From positions 3,629 through 67,628 of the forward strand of contig JAFGAV010000063.1 of NCBI GenBank assembly GCA_016933515.1: DNA of 64,000 bases, in the 5' to 3' direction. The stretch is from Candidatus Aminicenantes bacterium (GTDB lineage Bacteria; Acidobacteriota; Aminicenantia; Aminicenantales; JAFGAV01). This document shows positions 1 to 7,528 of this stretch, one piece after another. Position numbers and translations under genes: made by a program. The stretch's first letter is position 1, and every line of letters begins with the position of its first letter. The notes beneath the pieces are model-generated. The model had not been told where the DNA came from, did no database searches, and saw nothing but the letters and a program-made list of their open reading frames with translations.

Positions 1-100
1 AGTAGCTCTTGAGAAGACTTTCCTCGGGCTTGGATGTGCAGCTCGTCAATGTCAAGAGGAAAGCGACGGCGCCGATAGCAAAAAGGCATTTTCTTCCCAT
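1..100 (-). CDS. lipoprotein, N-terminal fragment (gene continues past the left edge)
   Basis: Reverse-strand ATG at 100..98 with AGGAGG at 110..105. Translation MGRKCLFAIGAVAFLLTLTSCTSKPEE is a signal peptide plus lipobox L-T-S-C. Confidence 0.5.
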   Translation of the reverse strand, partial: MGRKCLFAIGAVAFLLTLTSCTSKPEESLLKSY

Positions 101-282
101 GGATCCTCCTTCCGTATTCATAAGCATTCTGCATTAATATTATAAGATTTTCAACCTCGAAAGCAAGCCGCGGCGGGCTCCATGGCGTTTCGTGCGGTCC
201 TTTAGCGTGAGCCTTGGGCCTGGGGGAGGGCTTCGGCGCCCGGCCGCGGTTTTTCACGCCGCGGCGCAAGGCAAGAAATCTG

Positions 283-312
283 TTGACACGGTCCGGCGCG
301 TAGAAATAAAAT
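283..312 (+). promoter_or_regulatory. candidate sigma-70-type promoter for the hdr-nuo-mvh operon
   Basis: TTGACA (283-288), 18-nt spacer, TAAAAT (307-312). It lies about 235 nt upstream of the hdrC ATG, in the only AT-rich patch of this intergenic region. Confidence 0.35.
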
Positions 313-546
313 TTGTTTTCATTATGTGAGATTCCTTACGTCTCCCATAATGCCTCCGCCTTGGGCGCAGAAACTTCAAAACGGCGCGGGCCGGCGGCGC
401 GGGGCGGGGATTTTTTTAGATGCCGCCCATGAGATCATGGCCATATATGGGCCTCTCTGCGGTCCTCTCCGCGGGGTCGTCCCTCGCGCCGTCCGCAACG
501 TCAACCGGTTGTCGTCCGAAACCCATTCCGCTGGAAAGGAGGCTTC

Positions 547-1128
547 ATGGACATCCAGCGTAAAGTCAAATACGAACATGAGCTGGACCCCGGGTTCTTG
601 GCCAAGATCAAGCGCCTCTCTCACTGCGAAGAAATCGACCGCTGCATCCAGTGCGGGACCTGCAGCAGCTCCTGCCCCATGTCCGTTTACATGGACCACC
701 CTCCCCGCCAGATCATCGGCTTCATCAAGAACGGGTATCGGGAGGAGGCCCTGAGCAGCTTCACCGTTTGGCTCTGTTCCTCCTGTTACACCTGCCAGGT
801 CCGCTGCCCGGCCAAAATCAAGATCACCGACGTCATGTACGCCCTCAAGCGCGAGGCCATCGAGAACAAAATCTATCCCCACCGCTTCTCCATCCCCCTG
901 CTGGATAAAGAAATGACCAAGCTCATCGCCCGCGACGGCCGCAATTCCGAGATGCGGCTGATCCTCAGGCTTTATCTCAAGTCTTTCAAGCCGTTCAATC
1001 TTCTCAAGATGACGCCCCTCGGTTTGAAGCTCATGAAAACGGGCCGCATGAGCCTGAAGAGAAACCGCATCAAGGGACGCAAACAGCTTCGGGCGCTCGT
1101 CAAGGCCATCAAGGAGAACGGCAAATGA
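547..1128 (+). CDS. hdrC: heterodisulfide reductase subunit C-like (2x[4Fe-4S])
   Basis: ATG 547 follows AAGGAGG (536-542). Two CxxCxxCxxxCP motifs (CIQCGTCSSSCP, CSSCYTCQVRCP). ATGA overlap with the next gene. Confidence 0.85.
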   Translation: MDIQRKVKYEHELDPGFLAKIKRLSHCEEIDRCIQCGTCSSSCPMSVYMDHPPRQIIGFIKNGYREEALSSFTVWLCSSCYTCQVRCPAKIKITDVMYALKREAIENKIYPHRFSIPLLDKEMTKLIARDGRNSEMRLILRLYLKSFKPFNLLKMTPLGLKLMKTGRMSLKRNRIKGRKQLRALVKAIKENGK

Positions 1129-2012
1129 AAGATTATGCCTATTTCCCCGGCTGCTCCCTGAAGGAAAATTCCAAGCATTACGAGGAATCCATCCTGCCGG
1201 TGTTCAAGGCGATCGGCCATCCCTTGGAGGAGCTCGAAGACTGGAACTGCTGCGGCGCGACGGCCTATTTTTCGGTCGACAACGACATGGCCGCGGCCGT
1301 CTGCGGACGCAACCTTTCCCTGGCTGAGAAACAGGGCAAGGACATCCTGGCCCCCTGCGCCGGATGCTACCTGACCCTGAAAAAATCCAACCTCTTTCTC
1401 CAGAGCGGGGCGCCGGAAGCCAAAAAAATCCTGGGCGACCTCAAGCGTTCCGGATGCGAATACCAGGGCCGGTCCGTGGTCAAGCACCCGCTCGAGGTCC
1501 TGGTCAGGGAGATCGGACTCGACGTCATCCGGAAAAAAGTCGTCCGGAAACTCACCGGCCTCAAGGTCGCCTGTTACTACGGCTGCCAGGTCGTCCGGCC
1601 TTACACCGATTTCGACGACCCCGACCACCCGACGTCCCTCGACGCCCTGATGGAAGCCCTGGGCGCCGAGCCCGTGGATTATTCGGCCAAGACCCGATGT
1701 TGCGGGGGGCTTTTGACCGGAACGATCGAGAACGTCGGCCTCAGGCTGAACCATCTTCTTCTCAAGGAGGCCAAACGCAAGGGAGCGGATGTCATCGTGA
1801 CCGTCTGTCCCTTGTGTCTCTTCAACCTGGAGCTTTTCCAGGACAAAATCATCAAGACTTATAAAGAGGACGTCCGCATCCCCATCTTGTTTTTCAGCCA
1901 GCTCATGGGGTTGGCCTTGGGATTGTCCCGGGACGACCTCGGATTTTCCCGCTCCACAATCCCTCTGGATGCCTTCTGGGCCAAGATTCGGAACGGAGGA
2001 CAAAATGTCTGA
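1125..2012 (+). CDS. hdrB: heterodisulfide reductase subunit B-like (two CCG domains)
   Basis: 295 aa with two CCG-type cysteine motifs (DWNCCGATAYF and KTRCCGGLLTG). Translationally coupled to hdrC and to the following hdrA fragment. Confidence 0.85.
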   Translation: MKDYAYFPGCSLKENSKHYEESILPVFKAIGHPLEELEDWNCCGATAYFSVDNDMAAAVCGRNLSLAEKQGKDILAPCAGCYLTLKKSNLFLQSGAPEAKKILGDLKRSGCEYQGRSVVKHPLEVLVREIGLDVIRKKVVRKLTGLKVACYYGCQVVRPYTDFDDPDHPTSLDALMEALGAEPVDYSAKTRCCGGLLTGTIENVGLRLNHLLLKEAKRKGADVIVTVCPLCLFNLELFQDKIIKTYKEDVRIPILFFSQLMGLALGLSRDDLGFSRSTIPLDAFWAKIRNGGQNV

Positions 2013-2862
2013 GAACGGCAATCCGAGAATCGGAGTCTTTGTCTGTCATTGCGGCACCAACATCGCCGGGAAGGTCAACGTCCCCGAGGTCGTGGAGTTC
2101 GCCTCCCACTTGGACTCCGTGGTCGTGGCCAAGGAATACAAATTCATGTGCTCCGATCCCGGGCAGGAACTGATCAAACAGAGCATCAAGGATCACGGCC
2201 TGAACAGGGTGGTGGTGGCCTCCTGCTCCCCGCTGATGCATGAGCCCACGTTCCGCGGAGTGACCGCCTCCGGAGGCCTCAATCCCTTCTTTTTCCAAAT
2301 GTCCAACATCCGGGAACACGTCTCCTGGGTCACGGAAGACCCCGAGCAGGCCACCAAGAAAGCCAAAGCCCTGATTTCCGCCGCCGTCCGCCGCGTGGCT
2401 CTCCACGAGCCGCTGCTGAAAAAGGAGGTCCCCGTCCGCCCCGAGGTGCTGATCATCGGCGGAGGCATCGCCGGCATCCATGCCGCTCTGACTTATGCCA
2501 ACTCGGGCAAGAAGGTTTATCTCGTGGAGAAGGAGCCCTCGATCGGCGGACACATGGCCCAATTGGACAAGACCTTCCCCACCCTGGACTGCTCGGCCTG
2601 CATCTTGACCCCCAAGATGAGTGAAGTGGGCAAGCACCCGAACATCACGCTTCTGACCATGAGCCGGGTCGAGGAGATCTCGGGCTTCGTGGGAAATTTC
2701 AAGATCAAAATGCGCAAAAAGGCCCGCTTCGTGGACACGGCCAAATGCAACGGCTGCGGCGCCTGCTGGGAAAACTGCCCGACGACCGTGACTCCGGCGG
2801 AAAGAATCATCCGCAAAGGCAAGATGATCATCAAAACGGTGGAAAAACCCCGCCCCAATTGA
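2005..2862 (+). CDS. hdrA: HdrA-like flavoprotein, N-terminal half only
   Basis: ATG 2005 follows GGAGGA (1995-2000). Motifs: IGVFVCHCGTNIAG, VVVASCSP, FAD fold VLIIGGGIAGIHAAL, FPTLDCSACILTPKM, and a single ferredoxin motif CNGCGACWENCP. Stop at 2860-2862. Confidence 0.8.
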   Translation: MSENGNPRIGVFVCHCGTNIAGKVNVPEVVEFASHLDSVVVAKEYKFMCSDPGQELIKQSIKDHGLNRVVVASCSPLMHEPTFRGVTASGGLNPFFFQMSNIREHVSWVTEDPEQATKKAKALISAAVRRVALHEPLLKKEVPVRPEVLIIGGGIAGIHAALTYANSGKKVYLVEKEPSIGGHMAQLDKTFPTLDCSACILTPKMSEVGKHPNITLLTMSRVEEISGFVGNFKIKMRKKARFVDTAKCNGCGACWENCPTTVTPAERIIRKGKMIIKTVEKPRPN

Positions 2863-2863
2863 C

Positions 2864-3682
2864 ATGACCTTGAGAGACGCGTGCGACATCCTTCAGGCCG
2901 ACATCCTCACCGGAGAGGAGCATCTTGACCGGGAAGTGAAAATCGTGGGCGCTTCGGACCTGATGAGCGACGTTTTGGCCTTCGGCCAGCCCGGTCTGCT
3001 CCTGCTGACCGGACTGGCCAACGTCCAGGCCGTCCGCACGGCGGACATCATCGAAGCGGGCGGTGTGATCTTCGTCCGGGGGAAACGTCCCGACCAGGAC
3101 AGCGTGGACCTGGCGCGCCGGAACGGGCTGCCCCTCATGGCCACGAGCCTGATGATGTTTCCCGCCTGCGGCCGCCTCTACGAAAAAGGGCTTCACGGCG
3201 TGACGAAAACCGTCTCCTCCGCCCGGACGTCTTCCGTTTCGGAAGAACTCCTGACCCGGACCTTCGAGATCGCGGGCGGAGACTTCAGCAAAGCCGGGCA
3301 CGTCTCCATGGAAATCAAGGACATTCTCCAGGAACTGGGCATCTCTTCCGATCTCATCCGCCGCACGGCCATCGCCGCCTATGAGGCGGAGATGAACATC
3401 GTCATGTACGCCGCCCGGGGAACGCTGCGCCTTGATCTTTCCCCCCAGGCCCTCGTGATCGAGGTTGCCGACGAGGGGCCCGGAATCCCCGACATCGATA
3501 AGGCCATGACCGAGGGCTTCTCCACGGCCACACCCGAGATGCGTGAAATGGGCTTCGGCGCCGGGATGGGCCTGCCGAACATCAAGAGGAATTCCGACGA
3601 TTTCTCGATCCGATCGACGGTCGGCCGGGGAACGGATCTGCGTCTGAGCTTCCGCTTGAACAAAGGAACGGCCGAGGAATGA
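2864..3682 (+). CDS. DRTGG domain fused to an anti-sigma-factor-type Ser kinase / HATPase domain
   Basis: N-terminal part: VGASDLMSDVLAFGQPGLLLLTGLANVQAVRTA (DRTGG-like). C-terminal part: EVADEGPGIPDIDKAM...GFGAGMGLPNIKRNSD (GHKL ATPase N/G boxes). This protein type accompanies HydABC-type operons. Confidence 0.75.
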   Translation: MTLRDACDILQADILTGEEHLDREVKIVGASDLMSDVLAFGQPGLLLLTGLANVQAVRTADIIEAGGVIFVRGKRPDQDSVDLARRNGLPLMATSLMMFPACGRLYEKGLHGVTKTVSSARTSSVSEELLTRTFEIAGGDFSKAGHVSMEIKDILQELGISSDLIRRTAIAAYEAEMNIVMYAARGTLRLDLSPQALVIEVADEGPGIPDIDKAMTEGFSTATPEMREMGFGAGMGLPNIKRNSDDFSIRSTVGRGTDLRLSFRLNKGTAEE

Positions 3683-5031
3683 ACCAGTATCTGCATTCCA
3701 TCCGCGTCGATCCCGATCGCTGCAAGGGTCTGATGAAGTGCATGCATCGCTGCCCCACCCAGGCCATCCGCGTCCGGAACCGAAAGGCCGTTATCCTCGA
3801 CGAGAAATGCGTCGACTGCGGCGAATGCATCAACGCCTGCCCCAACGGGGCCATCGTGCCCTTGACGAATCCCATCGGCGATCTTTCGAAGTTCCGGCGC
3901 ACGGTCGCCATCCCTTCGCCGGCCCTCTACGCCCAATTCGGGCGGGACATCTTTCCCGACCGGATCCTGAGCGGTCTGAAAAAGCTCGGTTTCGACGACG
4001 TCCACGACCTGGCTCAGACCTGCGGGGAGGTCAGCTTCGCCATCCAGGAGTTTCTCAAGGACTACCACGGGCCGAAACCCCTCATTTCCAACACCTGTCC
4101 GGTCATCATCCGTCTTCTTCAAGTCCGTTATCCCAACCTCATCGATCAGATCCTGCCCATTGAAGCCCCGCGGGAGCTGGCCGCCCGGGAGATCAAGCGA
4201 AGCCTCGCGGAACGGTACGGCCTTCCGGAACGGGACATCGGCGCCTTTTATCTGACGCCCTGCCCGGTCAAGATGGTATCCATCATGCAGCCCGCCGAAA
4301 AGGGACGGTCCTTCCTGGACGGCGCGATCTCCATCACGGACATTTACCGGCCTCTTTTGACCTCCATGGATCCTTCGCCCCGGGAAAGCGGCCATCGGAG
4401 CCTGGAGAACCTCTGCATTCTGGGCCTCGGCTGGGCGATCGTGGGCGGGATCAGCCGCACTCTCAGACTCAGAAACTCCCTCTCCGTTTCCAGCCTGAGC
4501 GAAGTCGTGAGGGTGTTCGACGACATCGAACGGGGCAAACTGACCGACATCGATTTCATCGAAGCCTATTCCTGCCCCCAGGGCTGCGTCGGAGGCTCAT
4601 TGAACGTGGAGAACATCTATTCCTCTTACAACAAGATCCTCAAGATCATCGAAACGCTGGAGTTCGAAAAAATCCGGGCCTGTCCCGACATTCGCAAGGT
4701 CCGCCGAAAATACTCCGAGAACTTCTTCTCGCTCGAAGGCACCGTCGAGCCCCGGCCGCCCAAGCCGCTTCATCCCGATCTGTCGGAAGCCATCAGAAAA
4801 TTGAAGGAAAGGGACGAAATCCATCGTCGGCTGCCGAAAATCGACTGCGGCGCCTGCGGCGCGCCGACCTGTCTCGCTTTCGCCGAGGACGTCGTCCGCG
4901 GCGAAGCGAAGCTCGAGGACTGCCCCGTCCGGGAGGCGGAGCGTCTCCGTGCCGGCGGTCCGAAAAAAGACGAGCCCGAGGGGCCCGGCCTCAACAGCCG
5001 GACCGAGAACACCACGCGAGGATCATCATGA
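3679..5031 (+). CDS. [FeFe]-hydrogenase-like H-cluster-domain protein with N-terminal 2x[4Fe-4S] and C-terminal FeS (CX2CX4C...C) domain; putative sensor, not a catalytic HydA
   Basis: CVDCGECINACP ferredoxin motif. Degenerate H-cluster motifs SNTC140P, TPC195PVK198, SC299PQGC303VGG. C-terminal CGACGAPTC...DCP. ATGA overlaps at both ends. Confidence 0.75.
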   Translation: MNQYLHSIRVDPDRCKGLMKCMHRCPTQAIRVRNRKAVILDEKCVDCGECINACPNGAIVPLTNPIGDLSKFRRTVAIPSPALYAQFGRDIFPDRILSGLKKLGFDDVHDLAQTCGEVSFAIQEFLKDYHGPKPLISNTCPVIIRLLQVRYPNLIDQILPIEAPRELAAREIKRSLAERYGLPERDIGAFYLTPCPVKMVSIMQPAEKGRSFLDGAISITDIYRPLLTSMDPSPRESGHRSLENLCILGLGWAIVGGISRTLRLRNSLSVSSLSEVVRVFDDIERGKLTDIDFIEAYSCPQGCVGGSLNVENIYSSYNKILKIIETLEFEKIRACPDIRKVRRKYSENFFSLEGTVEPRPPKPLHPDLSEAIRKLKERDEIHRRLPKIDCGACGAPTCLAFAEDVVRGEAKLEDCPVREAERLRAGGPKKDEPEGPGLNSRTENTTRGSS

Positions 5032-5372
5032 CCGTTGAAGAAATCGCCCGTTCCCTCGACTTGACCGTTCTCAGCGGCGGGCCGAGGCTGTCCCAACCGG
5101 TCGCCGGAGGCTACGCCAGCGACCTGCTGAGCGACGTCATGGCCAACAGCCGGGAGGGGGATATCTGGATCACGCTTCAGACCCACCAGAACATCATCGC
5201 CGTGGCCAAACTCAAGAACCTGTCGGCCGTCGTTCTGGTCAATTCCCGGACGCCCGATCCCGAGACGCTTCAGAAGGCCGAGCAGGAAGGCATCGTTCTG
5301 TGCCGGACGGCCGATCCGGCTTTTGTCTTCTCGGGCAGGCTCTACGAGCTGCTCGGGAGGGGCAAAGGATAA
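5028..5372 (+). CDS. DRTGG domain protein
   Basis: 114 aa: GGYASDLLSDVMANSREGDIWITLQTHQNIIAVA..., paralogous to the N-terminal half of 2864-3682. Confidence 0.65.
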   Translation: MTVEEIARSLDLTVLSGGPRLSQPVAGGYASDLLSDVMANSREGDIWITLQTHQNIIAVAKLKNLSAVVLVNSRTPDPETLQKAEQEGIVLCRTADPAFVFSGRLYELLGRGKG

Positions 5373-5374
5373 GG

Positions 5375-6106
5375 ATGCTCAGAGTGTTCAAAGCCGACCT
5401 TCACGTTCACACCTGCCTTTCGCCCTGCGGCGATTTGGAGATGGCGCCGGAGAGGATCGCTCTCGAGGCGCGGCGCCGGGACATCTCGATCCTCGGCATC
5501 TGCGACCATAACACCGCCGAAAACACTCCGGCTCTTCTCCGCGCCGGAGAGCGGAACGGGGTTTCCGTCCTGCCCGGGCTGGAAGTGACTTCCCAAGAAG
5601 AAGTTCACATCCTGGCGCTGTTCGACCGCGTGGAGTCGGCTCTGGAGATGCAAAAAACCGTCTACGACCACCTGCCCGGAGAAAACGACGAGGATGCCTT
5701 CGGTCCTCAGGTCGTCGTCAACGACCGGGGCGAAGTCCTGGGGTTCAACCCCCGCCTTCTCATCGGCGCCACCACCCTGCCCCTGGGGGATGTCGTGCGC
5801 CGGATCCACGAGCTCGACGGGCTGGCCATCGCCGCTCACGTCGACCGTGAGAGCTACAGTCTGATCGGCCAGCTGGGGCTCATTCCGGACGACCTGGACC
5901 TGGACGCCCTGGAGGTCTCGCCCCGAACGACCTTGGCCGAAGCCCGTTCCCGTTATGGAAATCGATTTCCCCTGACAACCGCCTCGGACGCCCATTTCCT
6001 CAGGGACATCGGAGCGGCCGTCACGGAATTCGTGCTCGAGGACGGCACGGTGCCGGAAATCCGTCTGGCGCTCGAAGGACGCGACGGACGGCGCCTCGGA
6101 CATTGA
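5375..6106 (+). CDS. PHP-domain metal-dependent phosphoesterase
   Basis: Internal ATG 5375 lies 2 nt after the upstream stop. MLRVFKADLHVHTCLSPCGD...ILGICDHNT is the PHP His motif pattern. The upstream part of the track ORF (from 5300, GTG) overlaps the previous gene and is rejected. Confidence 0.75.
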   Translation: MLRVFKADLHVHTCLSPCGDLEMAPERIALEARRRDISILGICDHNTAENTPALLRAGERNGVSVLPGLEVTSQEEVHILALFDRVESALEMQKTVYDHLPGENDEDAFGPQVVVNDRGEVLGFNPRLLIGATTLPLGDVVRRIHELDGLAIAAHVDRESYSLIGQLGLIPDDLDLDALEVSPRTTLAEARSRYGNRFPLTTASDAHFLRDIGAAVTEFVLEDGTVPEIRLALEGRDGRRLGH

Positions 6107-6663
6107 AAGGACGCATGGAAGACTTGTCGCTGCACATTCTCGACGTCGCGGAGAACTCGGTGCGGGCCGGGGCCGGCACGGTTGCCATCCGCGTCGAGGA
6201 AGACAGCCGCGGCGATGTCCTTTCTCTCGAAATCGAGGACGACGGCGAGGGCATGGATGAAACGACGAAGAAAAAGATCCTGGATCCTTTCTTCACCACC
6301 CGGACGACGCGGCGGATCGGCCTGGGCCTGCCGCTCCTGGCCGAGGCGGCCCGGGCGGCCGAAGGGCGCCTGTCCGTCGATTCCGCCCCGGGAAAAGGAA
6401 CGCGCGTCACGGCCGTCTTCCGCCGCAGCCATATCGACCGCAAGCCGCTGGGCGACATCGTCCAAACCCTGGTGGCTCTTATCCTGGGCCATCCCGGAAC
6501 GCATTTCGTCTACCGGCAGGCCGTCGACGGGCGGACCTTCCTTTTCGACACACGGACGCTGCGTGTCGAGTTGGAAGACGCGCCGCTCGACTCTCCGTCA
6601 GCCATCTCCCTCATCCGAAAAAGACTGCAGGAAGGCCTGGCTTCCCTAAGGAGGACAACATGA
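6103..6663 (+). CDS. GHKL/HATPase-domain protein (histidine-kinase-like ATPase, no HisKA)
   Basis: LHILDVAENSVRAGA...LEIEDDGEGMD...DPFFTTR...IGLGLPLL...GKGTRV (N, G1, G2 boxes). ATGA overlaps on both sides. Confidence 0.7.
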   Translation: MKGRMEDLSLHILDVAENSVRAGAGTVAIRVEEDSRGDVLSLEIEDDGEGMDETTKKKILDPFFTTRTTRRIGLGLPLLAEAARAAEGRLSVDSAPGKGTRVTAVFRRSHIDRKPLGDIVQTLVALILGHPGTHFVYRQAVDGRTFLFDTRTLRVELEDAPLDSPSAISLIRKRLQEGLASLRRTT

Positions 6664-7115
6664 GCAACAGCAAGGTCATGGAAATTCTCGGCCGGTACGA
6701 GTCCGACCCGGGCGCCATCATCTCCATTCTCCAGGATGTTCAGGAAGCCTATCGCTACCTCCCCCGCGACGTCCTGGCCGACGTCTCCCGGGAGATCAAT
6801 ATCCCCCTGAGCCGCATTCTCAGCCTGGCCACCTTTTACAAGGCCTTCAGCCTGAAACCCAAGGGCAGGCACGCCTTTCATGTCTGTCTGGGCACCGCCT
6901 GCCACGTCCGCGGCGCTCAGCTCGTTCTGGAGAAGCTCGAGCGGGAATTGGGCATCTCCGCCGGCGAGACGTCCGAGGACCTGGCGTACAGTCTGGACGC
7001 CGTCCGCTGCGTGGGATGCTGCGGACTGGCGCCGGTCGTCATGGTCGGGGAGGAAGTCCACGGCAAAATCACCCAGACCAAAGTCTCCGGCCTCGTGAAA
7101 AAATATTCTAGATAG
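6660..7115 (+). CDS. NuoE/HydC-type [2Fe-2S] subunit of NADH-linked flavoprotein module
   Basis: AIISILQDVQEAYRYLP...HVCLGTACHVRG...VRCVGCCGLAPV is the classic NuoE thioredoxin-like 2Fe-2S pattern. Confidence 0.9.
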   Translation: MSNSKVMEILGRYESDPGAIISILQDVQEAYRYLPRDVLADVSREINIPLSRILSLATFYKAFSLKPKGRHAFHVCLGTACHVRGAQLVLEKLERELGISAGETSEDLAYSLDAVRCVGCCGLAPVVMVGEEVHGKITQTKVSGLVKKYSR

Positions 7116-7126
7116 GGGAAGACCTC

Positions 7127-7525
7127 ATGCCGAAACTCACCCTGGAAGAACTGGCGAAAGTGCGGGAGCAGGCGCGAAAGAAAACCCATCTCCGCGAGGG
7201 CGGAGAGGTCCGGGCCAAGGTGACGGTCCATATGGGAACGTGCGGCATCGCGGCCGGCGCGCGGACCATCATGAGCACTCTGCTGTCCGAGATCGAGAGC
7301 CGGGACGTCCGCGACGTCCAGGTGACGAACTCGGGATGCGCGGGGCTGTGCAGCCGGGAGCCGATGATCACCGTGGAGCTGGCCGGCGAGGCGCCGGTCA
7401 AATACGTGGACCTCAATCCGGACAAGATGAAAACCATCTTCGCAGAGCATGTCCTCGGCGGGAAGATCGTCGCGAAATACGCCCTGGGCATCGGCAGCGA
7501 AAAAACGGACTTTCCCAAGGAGTGA
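7127..7525 (+). CDS. small thioredoxin-like (2Fe-2S) ferredoxin (HydD-like)
   Basis: VTVHMGTCGIAAGA...SGCAGLCSREPM; 132 aa; located between the nuoE-like and nuoF-like genes. Confidence 0.8.
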   Translation: MPKLTLEELAKVREQARKKTHLREGGEVRAKVTVHMGTCGIAAGARTIMSTLLSEIESRDVRDVQVTNSGCAGLCSREPMITVELAGEAPVKYVDLNPDKMKTIFAEHVLGGKIVAKYALGIGSEKTDFPKE

Positions 7526-7528
7526 GCC

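Noticed and set aside
383-417. G-rich tract followed by T7, considered as an intrinsic terminator upstream of hdrC
   Set aside because: The tract is G-rich on one strand only, with no complementary C-rich arm, so no stem can form. It is kept only as part of the leader observation.
2860-2862. TGA ending the HdrA N-half as a possible selenocysteine or read-through codon rejoining HdrA
   Set aside because: Read-through in frame gives non-HdrA sequence and hits another stop within about 25 codons. The next gene (2864) is in a different frame and encodes an unrelated DRTGG protein. The missing HdrA part is found 6.5 kb downstream.
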